Source: an uncultured bacterium (GTDB lineage: Bacteria > Eisenbacteria > RBG-16-71-46 > CAIMUX01 > WJJG01). From it: a stretch of DNA of 64,000 nucleotides. Where the stretch lies: the NCBI GenBank assembly GCA_964603725.1, contig CAZRWW010000015.1, positions 18,494 through 82,493 of the forward strand, given 5' to 3'. Position 1 is the first letter of the stretch, and each line of letters begins with the position of its first letter. The position numbers and the translations under genes were made by a program. This document shows positions 1-8,588 of this stretch, one piece after another. Under the pieces are notes generated by a model. The model was not told the DNA's origin. It ran no database searches and saw nothing but the letters and a program-made list of their open reading frames with translations.

Positions 1-589
1 GGGGACCGGCGTCGGCGGCCTGCGCCGGGAGCAGGCCGCCGCGGGCGTGCCGTACCTGGCGGAATCGGGCGTTCCCAGCGCCGCCACCTGGTGGTTCGAC
101 TTGACCTGGAGCTCGCGGACCCGCTGGACGCTGGGTCTCCACGCCCACCTGCTTCGCGTGGCGATCGAGGACGGCAGCCGCGTGGGCACGTTCGACCTGC
201 TGCCCGTGCTCGCCCAGTTCGGGCTCCGCCGGCCGTTGCTCCGAGAGAAGCTCTGGGGGTTCGTCGCCGTCGGCGCCGGCCTGACGGGCTCGCGGTTCAT
301 TCCGGCCGCCAACGAAGCCGAGTGGGAGGCGATGGGCGGCGGCGGCCTGCAGTTCACCCGCGAGCGCCCCTTTACCGTGGGCGTGCAGGCGGGCTGCGAC
401 TACAGCCTCACCCCCGAGCTTCTGATCGAGGCCGGCGCGGGCGCCATCACGATGGACAGCGAGATCACCTACCGCGTGGCCCGCCGCACCGGGTCCGGCC
501 AGGGCTTCACTGAGGACGCGATGACGAGCATCAGCGCCAGTCACCTCATGGCCACGCTCGGCGTGCGGTGGTGGTTCGAGTGGTGGTAA
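1..589 (+). CDS. 3' fragment of an outer-membrane beta-barrel-like protein (gene starts before window)
   Basis: ORF runs in frame from the window edge. The C-terminus has alternating hydrophobic residues and ends in an aromatic-rich stretch (VRWWFEWW), as beta-barrel OMPs do. No specific family recognised. Confidence 0.35.
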   Translation, partial: GTGVGGLRREQAAAGVPYLAESGVPSAATWWFDLTWSSRTRWTLGLHAHLLRVAIEDGSRVGTFDLLPVLAQFGLRRPLLREKLWGFVAVGAGLTGSRFIPAANEAEWEAMGGGGLQFTRERPFTVGVQAGCDYSLTPELLIEAGAGAITMDSEITYRVARRTGSGQGFTEDAMTSISASHLMATLGVRWWFEWW

Positions 590-592
590 GGA

Positions 593-1024
593 CTAGCGCT
601 TGGGCCGCCCGCGCGGCGGCCGGTCGGGCCGATCGCGCCCGGTGAGACCGTCCGGGATGGGCCAGTCGTCCGCCGGGCCCAGGATCTTCCCACTGTCGCC
701 GGGCTCCAGCTCAGCACGCGCGGCCTCGGCCTGGGCTTCCGCCAGGCGGGCCAGGAGCGCTTCGCGTAGCTCGATGAGCTTGCGCTGCAGCTCCAGCACC
801 CGTTCCCGCAGCATCCCGTCGAGCAGGGCCATGCGATTGTGCGGGCTGCCCATGTTGCGCATCAGCCGCGTGATCTCGTCCTGCAGCGGCTGCAGCTCGG
901 GATGCTCCCTCAGGAACGCGTCGCGGGCTTCGACGGCCTTGCGGATTCGCTCGAAGGCGCTGTCGTCGCTCCGGGAGCTGTCGCCGTTTCGGTCGGCATC
1001 ACCGTTCTGAGGGTTGTGGCTCAT
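593..1024 (-). CDS. hypothetical protein (DUF3135-like, coiled-coil)
   Basis: 143-aa ORF starting at ATG 1024 (MSHNPQNGD...). Charged helical sequence FERIRKAVEARDAFLREHPELQPLQDEITRLMRN. The longer ORF 593..1123 has an implausible N-terminal extension. Confidence 0.4.
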   Translation of the reverse strand: MSHNPQNGDADRNGDSSRSDDSAFERIRKAVEARDAFLREHPELQPLQDEITRLMRNMGSPHNRMALLDGMLRERVLELQRKLIELREALLARLAEAQAEAARAELEPGDSGKILGPADDWPIPDGLTGRDRPDRPPRGRPKR

Positions 1025-1264
1025 CGACTCGCGCTTCCCTGGCCTCGAACAGGTCGGTTGTGACGCGCCGGGTTCCGTCACCCCACCCAGGCCGGTTATC
1101 GGCAGATTCGGGCCATCCGGCAAGCCTTCCAGGCCACCTGGGGGGAATCAACCAATGGGATTCTGCCTTGGGCCGAAGCGCCAGAGCTGACGCCATGGTA
1201 CGATCCGCCGAAATCGGCACTCCATCACCAGGGCGGAAGGCCGCCAGGGCGAGAGGACCGCAAG

Positions 1265-2245
1265 ATGGGTGAGTGGATGGCGCGGCGGGCGAGTGCCGCC
1301 GGGCACGGATCGGCGCGATCGGCACAGCCCGCCGGACACGCCGAGAAGCCGGCGCCCGCGCGGCGAACCGCGGGCGCGCCCCTCCTGGGCGCTCACCTCT
1401 CGATCGCCGGCGGGCTGCACCTGGCCCTGGAGCGGGCCGCCGAGCTGCGCTGCACGGCGGTGCAGATCTTCACCCAATCCGCTCGCCAGTGGGGGCGTCG
1501 CGTCCTGAGCGCCGATGACGTGCGTCTCTTCCGCGAAGCGCAGGCGCGGCTGGCGCCGATCGCGGTGGTCGCTCACGCGGGCTACCTGCTCAACCTGGCA
1601 GCCCCGGAGCGCGCGCTGCGGGAGCGCTCGATCCGCGCGCTCGTCGGCGAGCTCGAGCGCTGCGAAGCGCTGGGAATCCCCCGCCTGGTCCTTCACCCCG
1701 GAGCGCACATGGGCGCGGGCGAGGCCCGGGGCATCGCGCGCGCCGGCGCGTCGCTGCGGCGAGCGCACGCCGCCACGCGGGGATTCGCCGTCAAGACGGC
1801 GCTGGAGAACACCGCCGGGCAGGGCACGGGCCTGGGCCACACGGTGGGCCAGCTCGCGGCCATCATGAACGCCTGCGGCGACGCGGGTCGCCTGGCGCTG
1901 TGCTTCGACACCGCGCACGGCTTCGCGGCCGGCTACGACATCCGGACGTCCGAGGGCTACGATGGGCTGTGGGAAGACGTCGCGCGCCTGATCGGGATCG
2001 ATCACGTGTCCGTGATCCATCTGAACGACGCCCGACGCGAGGCGGGTTCGCGCGTCGATCGCCACGCGCACATCGGGCAAGGCACGATCGGCAAGGCCGC
2101 TTTCGCGCGGATCATGACCGATCCGCGCTTTGGCGCCGTGCCCAAGATCATCGAGACGCCCAAAGAGGGCGAGATGGACCGCAAGAACCTGAGGCTGCTC
2201 AGGCGCTTGGCGAGTCCGGGCTCGCGGGTGGGCAAGAAGCCGTGA
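1265..2245 (+). CDS. nfo: deoxyribonuclease IV (endonuclease IV, AP endonuclease family 2)
   Basis: Full-length match to Nfo hallmarks: LLGAHLSIAGGL, HAGYLLNLA, LVLHPGAH, LENTAGQG, CFDTAHGFAAGYD, HLNDA, GSRVDRHAHIGQGTIG, IIETPK. The exact start is uncertain (several upstream in-frame codons). Confidence 0.85.
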   Translation: MGEWMARRASAAGHGSARSAQPAGHAEKPAPARRTAGAPLLGAHLSIAGGLHLALERAAELRCTAVQIFTQSARQWGRRVLSADDVRLFREAQARLAPIAVVAHAGYLLNLAAPERALRERSIRALVGELERCEALGIPRLVLHPGAHMGAGEARGIARAGASLRRAHAATRGFAVKTALENTAGQGTGLGHTVGQLAAIMNACGDAGRLALCFDTAHGFAAGYDIRTSEGYDGLWEDVARLIGIDHVSVIHLNDARREAGSRVDRHAHIGQGTIGKAAFARIMTDPRFGAVPKIIETPKEGEMDRKNLRLLRRLASPGSRVGKKP

Positions 2246-2273
2246 CGCGGGCGCCACGGGCTGGGAGAGGCTG

Positions 2274-2915
2274 ATGATCAGCGAGCTCGCCTTGCTGCGC
2301 GAGCGGCTCGTCGTGGCGCTGCGCGGCCCGCTTCCCGGGGCTCCCGCCCAGGCGCGCATGGCACCCGTGCCGCGGCCAGGCTGGCGGCCGCATGCGCCGC
2401 CGCCCCCCGGCCGCCCGGCCGCGGTCCTGGCCCTCTTCTATCCGTTGGGTGATGGCGGCCCCACCGCGCCGCCGGCTCTTCTCTATACCGAGCGCACCGA
2501 GACGGTCGAGACCCACCGCGGGCAGGTGTCGTTCCCGGGCGGAGCCGTGGAAACGGGCGAGTCGCCCGAGGCGACCGCGCTGCGCGAAGCGGACGAGGAG
2601 ACCGGCGCCGCGCCCGGGGAGATCGAGGTGCTCGGCCGGCTGACGCCGCTGTGGATCCCCGCCACGGGCTTTCTGGTCACCCCGGTCGTCGGCCTGACGG
2701 CGCGGCGGCCGGCCTTCCGGCCCGGTCCGGGCGAGGTGCGGCGCATCCTCGAGGTGCCCCTGGCGGACCTGGTGCGCCCGGACGCCGTGCGGGCCGAGGA
2801 TCTTCCCCGCCACGGGCGCTGGACCCACGTGCGCTACTTCGACATCGCCGGAACGCGCCTCTGGGGCGCGACGGCGATGATGACGGCCGAGCTGCTGACG
2901 CTGCTGGGGTGGTAG
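2274..2915 (+). CDS. Nudix hydrolase, CoA pyrophosphatase family
   Basis: Nudix box GQVSFPGGAVETGESPEATALREADEETG. Downstream LWGATA motif typical of CoA pyrophosphatases (NudL-like). Confidence 0.8.
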   Translation: MISELALLRERLVVALRGPLPGAPAQARMAPVPRPGWRPHAPPPPGRPAAVLALFYPLGDGGPTAPPALLYTERTETVETHRGQVSFPGGAVETGESPEATALREADEETGAAPGEIEVLGRLTPLWIPATGFLVTPVVGLTARRPAFRPGPGEVRRILEVPLADLVRPDAVRAEDLPRHGRWTHVRYFDIAGTRLWGATAMMTAELLTLLGW

Positions 2916-3046
2916 CGCTCCCAGCGACTGCGCGAGTCGCCCCAAGGCCGCGGCCGGGGCGCCCTCCGAGGGGCCGGGGCGTCGACGTCGGCGGAGGACC
3001 CGGAGAATGGCTGTAAGTCATATGGAAATATACCACTACGAGCTCG

Positions 3047-3090
3047 GCGCAGGCCCCGGGCCAATCCCGCGCAGGCCCCGGGCCAATCCC
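3047..3090. repeat. perfect 22-bp tandem duplication (gcgcaggccccgggccaatccc x2, plus partial third copy)
   Basis: Read directly: 3047..3068 and 3069..3090 are identical. Located in the nudix/RRM intergenic region. Confidence 0.8.
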
Positions 3091-3508
3091 GCGCCGGCCC
3101 GGGGGGCCGTGCCGCCCTCCAGAATCCGTCGGCAGACCCCCGGTTGCCGAAGGAAATGTCTGGACATCAGGGGCCGGACCCACGATAGTAGATGCGTCTC
3201 GTTCGGGGGTCGTACGTGACGAGTTCTCGGCGAGATGGTGGAATGCCTGAGATCTGGGCTCGGAAGGAGATTTCGACTGCCAGCCTATCCAATCCGCACT
3301 CTGGGTTTGCCAGACCGAGATTCTGCTGAGTCGGGCACCTTTCTCTCCCTCGTCGGACAATGACCTTGTTCTTCCTGGGGCTGATGAAAGACCGGAATGC
3401 AGCGGTCCTGCTGGAGACCCACCGAGGAGGTTCTCGGGTCGGTCAATGGAGCAATGGGGGATGCCCTTGGTGCGGTGAGGCCGTCCCCAAGTGAGAGGTG
3501 TTTTGATA

Positions 3509-3814
3509 ATGTCCAACAACAAGCTGTATGTCGGCAATCTGTCCTTCGACACGAGCGAGTCGGAGCTCGAGGAGCTCTTCTCGCAGCACGGCGAAGTCGC
3601 TTCCGCCAAGGTCATCACGGATCGCGACACGGGCCGTCCGCGTGGCTTCGGCTTCGTGGAGTTCGTCCGGGCCGAGGATGCCCAGAAGGCGATCGAGAAC
3701 CTCGATGGCCGTGAGTTCATGGGCCGCAACCTCAAGGTGAACGTCGCCCAGGCTCGCGAGGGTGGTGGACGCCCGGGCGGCGGTGATCGTCGTCCGCCGC
3801 GCCGCTCCTACTAG
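3509..3814 (+). CDS. RRM-type glycine/arginine-tailed RNA-binding protein
   Basis: RNP motifs KLYVGNLSF and RGFGFVEF, with a Gly/Arg-rich tail. RBS gagagg lies 8 nt upstream of ATG 3509. Confidence 0.85.
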   Translation: MSNNKLYVGNLSFDTSESELEELFSQHGEVASAKVITDRDTGRPRGFGFVEFVRAEDAQKAIENLDGREFMGRNLKVNVAQAREGGGRPGGGDRRPPRRSY

Positions 3815-4028
3815 GAGCAAGCCAGCACAACAGCGGATCTGGTGAGAACGGGGCCACGCCAACGTGCGCGACCCCGCGGCTCCTATCCGCCGGCTCGATA
3901 AGGCCCGGCTGAGGCTGCCCGCGAGGCGGCTTCGACCGGGCCTCTTCGTTTGCCGCGCTGCTCGCCTGGGCCGCCAGGTCGTCCGAACACGGAGCCGCGG
4001 CGCCGTCCCGAGCAGGCGCCCTCGCCTT

Positions 4029-5333
4029 TCATGGCGCCCCACCGAGGCCGGCCAGGCGAACCGACCCTTCCTCGTGGAGCTGCTCCAGCTGCGCCACGTG
4101 ATCGGCAGGCGTGAGGATCTGGAGTCGAGGCGAGATGTGGGAGCGGTTCCAGCGACGGACGTCGCCCGCCAGGTGCTTCCAGGCATCCCGATGATCGAGG
4201 CAGACCGGCAGGCACGCCAGGACCTGACGGCGACCCGGCGCTTCCGGGATCGCCGAGAGCGACGGCGTGCCGGGGGGCGAGTCCCGCAGCGTTTCGAGCG
4301 GCGTGCGCGGCCCCACAGGCTCGACCGGGATGCCCCGGCGCACGGCGTGATCGCAAACGGCGCAGACGGAGGCCTCATGCCCGCGCCCGAAGGTTCTGCC
4401 TCGGATCCAGTGCCCGCAAACAATGAGCACGTACGGGCCGGTCGCATCGGTGACCACGAAGGTGCCCCCGGTCGCGCCGCTCGTGCCCGCCGCCTCGCCC
4501 GCGCCTGCGGCGCACGTCGCGGGCTCGGCATGGGGGACTAGAATCAGGGCCCGCAGGTCCGGCCACATGCGCGTGAGGCCCTGGTCGCCGATCCGCAGGG
4601 CCACGCGGGGTGGCAACGGCAGGGCCAGCGCCCGAACCGCTTCCGGATCCGTCCCCGGCGTCACGAGCAGATCCAAGCGGCCCTCTCCGGTCAACTCCCG
4701 CGCGCGCTCGGCACGCGGGGATGCCCGCAACAGCCCGGCCCAGTCGCCCGGCACCGCCAGCCGCAGCGCGGGATCGCGCCTGGCCAGCCCCAGCAACGCG
4801 TCGATCAAGGACTCGCGCTGCCCCGGCGCACGGGGCGCGGCCGGCCCGGTCTCCGGGTCTCCTGCCGGCGGTGGAGCGATGGGCAGGAGGTGGAGGATGC
4901 CGGCATCAAGGCGCAAGGGCGGCAGCGCCAGAGCGCCGGTCACCCGGGCCTGCCCCGGCACCTCGAGCAGCAGGTCGGCCTGCGCGAATCCGGCCGGCTG
5001 GGCAAGGCGGACGGAGAAGGGCATCGGTGTGGGCGCATCGTCCGGCGCCCGGCCGGCGTCACCCGCCGCAGTCGAGCCGGAGCGGAGGTCGCGCCCCGGG
5101 CGCGGCCGATCGCCCGACCATGAGTGGAAGAACTCCTCGCGGCGGCTGCCGTCGATCACACCCAGGCGGGCGCTGCTCGAGAAGCCCGGCGGCGGCAGAA
5201 GAAAGAAGACCCGCGCGACGTCCCTGCGCCGCTTGATCAGCACGGTCGTGGGCCGCACTCGCCAGTCGCCGAGCTGGAAGTGCGGCCAGCCGCCTGCGGC
5301 CGCTTGGGCCGGCGCTAGCTGATCAGCGGTCAT
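4029..5333 (-). CDS. hypothetical protein with C-terminal Cys/His-rich (possible metal-binding) region
   Basis: Long minus-strand ORF starting MTADQLAPAQ at 5333. The C-terminal part contains VLIVCGHW...CAVCDH...CLPVCLDH. The plus-strand ORFs over the same region are Arg-rich artefacts. Function not recognised. Confidence 0.4.
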   Translation of the reverse strand: MTADQLAPAQAAAGGWPHFQLGDWRVRPTTVLIKRRRDVARVFFLLPPPGFSSSARLGVIDGSRREEFFHSWSGDRPRPGRDLRSGSTAAGDAGRAPDDAPTPMPFSVRLAQPAGFAQADLLLEVPGQARVTGALALPPLRLDAGILHLLPIAPPPAGDPETGPAAPRAPGQRESLIDALLGLARRDPALRLAVPGDWAGLLRASPRAERARELTGEGRLDLLVTPGTDPEAVRALALPLPPRVALRIGDQGLTRMWPDLRALILVPHAEPATCAAGAGEAAGTSGATGGTFVVTDATGPYVLIVCGHWIRGRTFGRGHEASVCAVCDHAVRRGIPVEPVGPRTPLETLRDSPPGTPSLSAIPEAPGRRQVLACLPVCLDHRDAWKHLAGDVRRWNRSHISPRLQILTPADHVAQLEQLHEEGSVRLAGLGGAP

Positions 5334-5385
5334 GGCGTCTGATCCAGGCCATTCCCGACGCACCTTTCCCAGAGGTCATGGCCAG

Positions 5386-6363
5386 TCATCCCCGTTGGGC
5401 ATTGATCGTGCGCACGAGGCCGCGCCAGAGGCGCCCGGCGTTCTCGCACGCCAGCTCGCTCATGTGAGCGCAGGCTTCGAAGCCCCAGATGGCGACGGTC
5501 TCGGGCCGATGGGCGAGCAGCCGTCGCGTCCCCTCCATCAGGTCCCGTTCGGCCGTGGCCGGCAGCCGGAAGGCTTGCAGCCAGAGCATCACCGGAATGC
5601 CGGCGCCGCGGGCCGCCGCGCGGGCGGCCTCGGCGTTCAGGTCGATGAAGGCATCGCGCGCTGCCGGGCCCTCGATCTTGAAGGCGTGCCAGTACGGGTC
5701 GGTGCCGAACTCGGTGACGCCGGGAATGGCCGCCACAGCGGGCCAGTCCTGCTCCACGCCCAGCGGAACGCCCTGAGGCAGCAGGCAGATCGAGGATCCC
5801 AGCTCGCGGTCGGCCGCCATGCGCACGACGTCGGTCAGCAGGTCGAGGATCGCGTCCGCCCGGGAGCGGCGCAACGCCTCGGCGGTCGGGTGATCGCCAT
5901 GGCGCGCCCGGCAGTGAGCGCAGGCGCACGGCTCGCCGTCGGGGTTGCGGGGTCCGGGGTGCACCCAGTGCGGCTCGTCCCAGAAGATCGCGTCCGCCCC
6001 GGTGCGCGCTGCCGCGGCGACCCACTCGCTCATCCGCTCGCGCAGCCGCGGGTGGTTGAGGCAGGCGCCGGCCAGGGGCCGGCCCGACGGGCCGCGCTGC
6101 ATCAGGTCGGGATCCTCGAGAATCCACTCCGAGAAGGCCTCGCCGCCGAAGACGCCCGCGACGCCCCAGGGGTCGAGCTGCACCTCGAGGCCTTCCTCCT
6201 TTGAGATCGCGACGATCTCGCGCAGGGTGCCGCTGCTGTAGAAGAGGTCGTTTTCGCAGAACGTGTGAATGACCCGGTCGAAGCCGAGCCGGCGCAGGCG
6301 ACGCATGTCGCTGCGCACATGCCGCGGGATGCGGCAGCCGAAGTAGCTCGTCGCCAGCTTCAT
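5386..6363 (-). CDS. hypothetical protein (possible TIM-barrel hydrolase-like)
   Basis: Start MKLATSYFGCRIPRHVR at 6363 with RBS ggagaag upstream. The track ORF extends further but has an implausible Ser/Gly/Arg N-terminus. No confident family assignment. Confidence 0.5.
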   Translation of the reverse strand: MKLATSYFGCRIPRHVRSDMRRLRRLGFDRVIHTFCENDLFYSSGTLREIVAISKEEGLEVQLDPWGVAGVFGGEAFSEWILEDPDLMQRGPSGRPLAGACLNHPRLRERMSEWVAAAARTGADAIFWDEPHWVHPGPRNPDGEPCACAHCRARHGDHPTAEALRRSRADAILDLLTDVVRMAADRELGSSICLLPQGVPLGVEQDWPAVAAIPGVTEFGTDPYWHAFKIEGPAARDAFIDLNAEAARAAARGAGIPVMLWLQAFRLPATAERDLMEGTRRLLAHRPETVAIWGFEACAHMSELACENAGRLWRGLVRTINAQRG

Positions 6364-6412
6364 GCTTCTCCTTCCAATGCGCGCTCCCGGCCTGCGGGTG
6401 AAGCCAGAGCCC

Positions 6413-7201
6413 CTAGAAACCGGGATGACCCGGCGGGATGGTGAAGATGTCCCCGCGATTCTCGGACAACCGGGCCTGCCCCAGGAGCGTCCACTGCCGG
6501 ATCCGATCGAAGCCGCACTTCTTGTACAGGTCCCCGTGCACGAACGGCGCGTCCAGACTGCCGCTGGCGGTGATGAACTTCGATTTGCCGGCCAGGCGCC
6601 GGACGCACTCATAGGTGAGCAGCGAGCCGAACCCGCGGTGTCGCAGCCGGGGGATGACCTCGATCCAGTCGATGAAGCCCTCGCGCAGCTCGGAGCAGTG
6701 CCCGTGGATCGCGAAGCCCACGGGCTGGGAAGCGCTGGTCTCGACGAGGAAGAACCAACCGCGCGGGTCGTAGTAGGGCGCCTGGGCCATGCGGCGGAGC
6801 TTCTCGGGGGTCATGAGTCGGCGCAGGCTGGGGTAGGCGGCATTCATGAGGCGGCAGGCGGCCTCCAGGTCGCGGTCGGGATCGAAGTTGCTGAATCCAT
6901 AGCCGGGCGGGGTCGTGTCGGGCAGCTCGGGCACCTCGGCCAAGGTAGCGCGGAAGTAGCGCCCGAGCACCGGCAGCCCCAGCATCTCGCTCCAGCTCTT
7001 GCGCCCGGTTTCCATCACGGGCACGAAGGCCAGGCGGCCCATCCGGTGCCGGGCTTGTGCGATCAGGTTGCTCAGGGAAAGCGCCCGCCCGGCCAGCGAC
7101 CAGGTGAACTCGATCGAGTCCTCGACGTAAGCGAGCACGGCGCTCAGGCGTTGGCCGTCGGTCGAGACCAGGTGCTGGCACGACTCGAGCTGAGGACGCA
7201 C
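6413..7201 (-). CDS. GNAT family N-acetyltransferase
   Basis: Acetyl-CoA binding region IEVIPRLRHRGFGSLLTYECVRRLAGKSKFI ... GDLYKKCGF. Confidence 0.7.
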   Translation of the reverse strand: MRPQLESCQHLVSTDGQRLSAVLAYVEDSIEFTWSLAGRALSLSNLIAQARHRMGRLAFVPVMETGRKSWSEMLGLPVLGRYFRATLAEVPELPDTTPPGYGFSNFDPDRDLEAACRLMNAAYPSLRRLMTPEKLRRMAQAPYYDPRGWFFLVETSASQPVGFAIHGHCSELREGFIDWIEVIPRLRHRGFGSLLTYECVRRLAGKSKFITASGSLDAPFVHGDLYKKCGFDRIRQWTLLGQARLSENRGDIFTIPPGHPGF

Positions 7202-7350
7202 CTTGCACAGCGGGGCATAGAGCGCCGCGTGGGGGCCCTGTTCATAGAGCGCCTTGATCAGCTCGATGTTCGTCGTCGGTTCCCCCGCCGCCCCGGCCGC
7301 CCGGGCGCAGCGTCCGCCCGGGTGGAAGCCCTCTCACCGGCGGCCTCCGC

Positions 7351-7456
7351 CCCCGGTCGCGGCGCGCATTTCGAGCGCGACTTCAGTGCCCGGTCGCGGC
7401 CACGGACCTGGAGCGCGACTTCAGTGCCCGGTCGCGGCGCGCACCTCGAGCGCGGC
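7351..7456. repeat. about 38-bp tandem repeat (about 2.7 copies) straddling the stop codon of the S4-domain gene
   Basis: gagcgcgacttcagtgcccggtcgcggc occurs at 7373..7400 and 7411..7438. The flanks ggcgcgcaNNtcgagcgcg are also repeated. Confidence 0.75.
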
Positions 7457-7666
7457 CTCGATGTCCCCGCCCTCACCGACCACCTGGACCAGATCTCCCG
7501 GCTTCACCTGATGGCCGCGATGCGTCTCGACCCGGCCGTTCACGCGCACGCGCCCCGATTGCACCAACAGCTTGGCCTCGCCGCCCGTCGGGACGATCCC
7601 GGCGAATTTAAGCAGCGCATCCAGGTGGATGGCAGGCGTCCGGATGTCGATCGGCGTGCGGTCCAT
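7421..7666 (-). CDS. S4 domain RNA-binding protein (YbcJ / ribosome-associated heat-shock-like)
   Basis: IHLDALLKFAGIVPTGGEAKLLVQSGRVRVNGRVETHRGHQVKPGDLV matches the small S4-fold family. Confidence 0.8.
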   Translation of the reverse strand: MDRTPIDIRTPAIHLDALLKFAGIVPTGGEAKLLVQSGRVRVNGRVETHRGHQVKPGDLVQVVGEGGDIEAALEVRAATGH

Positions 7667-7857
7667 GGGCCCGATCTCCCGCTGGGCGGATCCTACCGGG
7701 CGTGACCCGCGTTCTCAAGCCGTGACCGGCCTGGTAACCGACCTGATGACCGTCCTTGATGCCCGGCCAGGTGGCGGGCGGGCGCATTTACCGGGCGGCA
7801 GCCCGCATGATACGATTCCGGCAGACAGGATCGGGACGCAAGCGGAGGGTTCGAGCC

Positions 7858-8289
7858 GTGTCCAAGGTGCTGCCGTCGCGCGAGAGGGGACACCTGGCCG
7901 TCGCGGCCGTGCGCGTGCTCTGTCATCTCCATGCCAGTCCGCCGTCGGCGGCGCAGATCGGTGAGCTGCTGGCGTGGGGGGATGAGGAGACCCACTTCGT
8001 GCTGCGCGGCCTCGTGGATACCGGGATCCTGCGCGAGCATCAGACGCCCTTCGAGCCGCACTACGAGCTCGTCGACCACAGCCTGATCGAAGCGCTGAAG
8101 CCCGAGGCGGAGAAGGAAGTGCTGGGCGATGAAGTCGAAGACTTCAAGCGCCGTTCCAGGTCCCGGCAGGAGCAGATCGAGAGCATGTTTCGCTCCGGCG
8201 AGCAGGAAAAGAGCAAGCAGGCCAAGCAGTCTTCGCTAGAGCAGCAGTTCGCGGCGTTCAAGAAGAAGAAACCCCGCCCGCGGTCCTGA
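7858..8289 (+). CDS. hypothetical protein, N-terminal winged-helix-like region and Lys/Glu-rich C-terminal tail
   Basis: GTG 7858 preceded by ggaggg. The coding region has lower GC than its surroundings. The charged tail is KRRSRSRQEQIESMFRSGEQEKSKQAKQ. Confidence 0.45.
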   Translation: MSKVLPSRERGHLAVAAVRVLCHLHASPPSAAQIGELLAWGDEETHFVLRGLVDTGILREHQTPFEPHYELVDHSLIEALKPEAEKEVLGDEVEDFKRRSRSRQEQIESMFRSGEQEKSKQAKQSSLEQQFAAFKKKKPRPRS

Positions 8290-8341
8290 GCATCTGGGCG
8301 CGCCCGCCACCCGCGAGCCAGCGCCTGGGGAGCGGCCGCAC

Positions 8342-8377
8342 GGGCGCCCCGGGCGCCCCTGGCACCCCAGGCGCCCC
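8342..8377. repeat. 4 x 9-bp tandem repeat (gggcgcccc gggcgcccc tggcacccc aggcgcccc)
   Basis: Read directly. Intergenic, upstream of selenoprotein paralog A. Confidence 0.7.
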
Positions 8378-8408
8378 TTGGCGCAATTGTATTGCGGTTT
8401 CCTGGGCT

Positions 8409-8421
8409 AAAACCAGGTTTT
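8409..8421. promoter_or_regulatory. perfect AT-rich palindrome AAAACC-A-GGTTTT in lower-GC promoter region of paralog A
   Basis: Read directly. An operator-like inverted repeat about 170 nt upstream of ATG 8589. Confidence 0.3.
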
Positions 8422-8588
8422 CCAAGGCACTAGACGAGCCCCTCCAGGTCAATTGGCTTGCCTGCGCAACCCGCTATCGGATACCATCTATGCTACATAG
8501 GGAGAGCTTCCGGGCGGTCGGGGGTCGCAGGCTGATCTGCCACTCGCTGCCGCACCGGGTGGATGATGACGGCCGAGAGGAGGGAGAC

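Noticed and set aside
8378-8395. Sigma-54-like TGGCGC...TTGC upstream of paralog A.
   Set aside because: GG-to-GC spacing is 14 nt rather than 12, and the -24 element has a mismatch. Not supportable.
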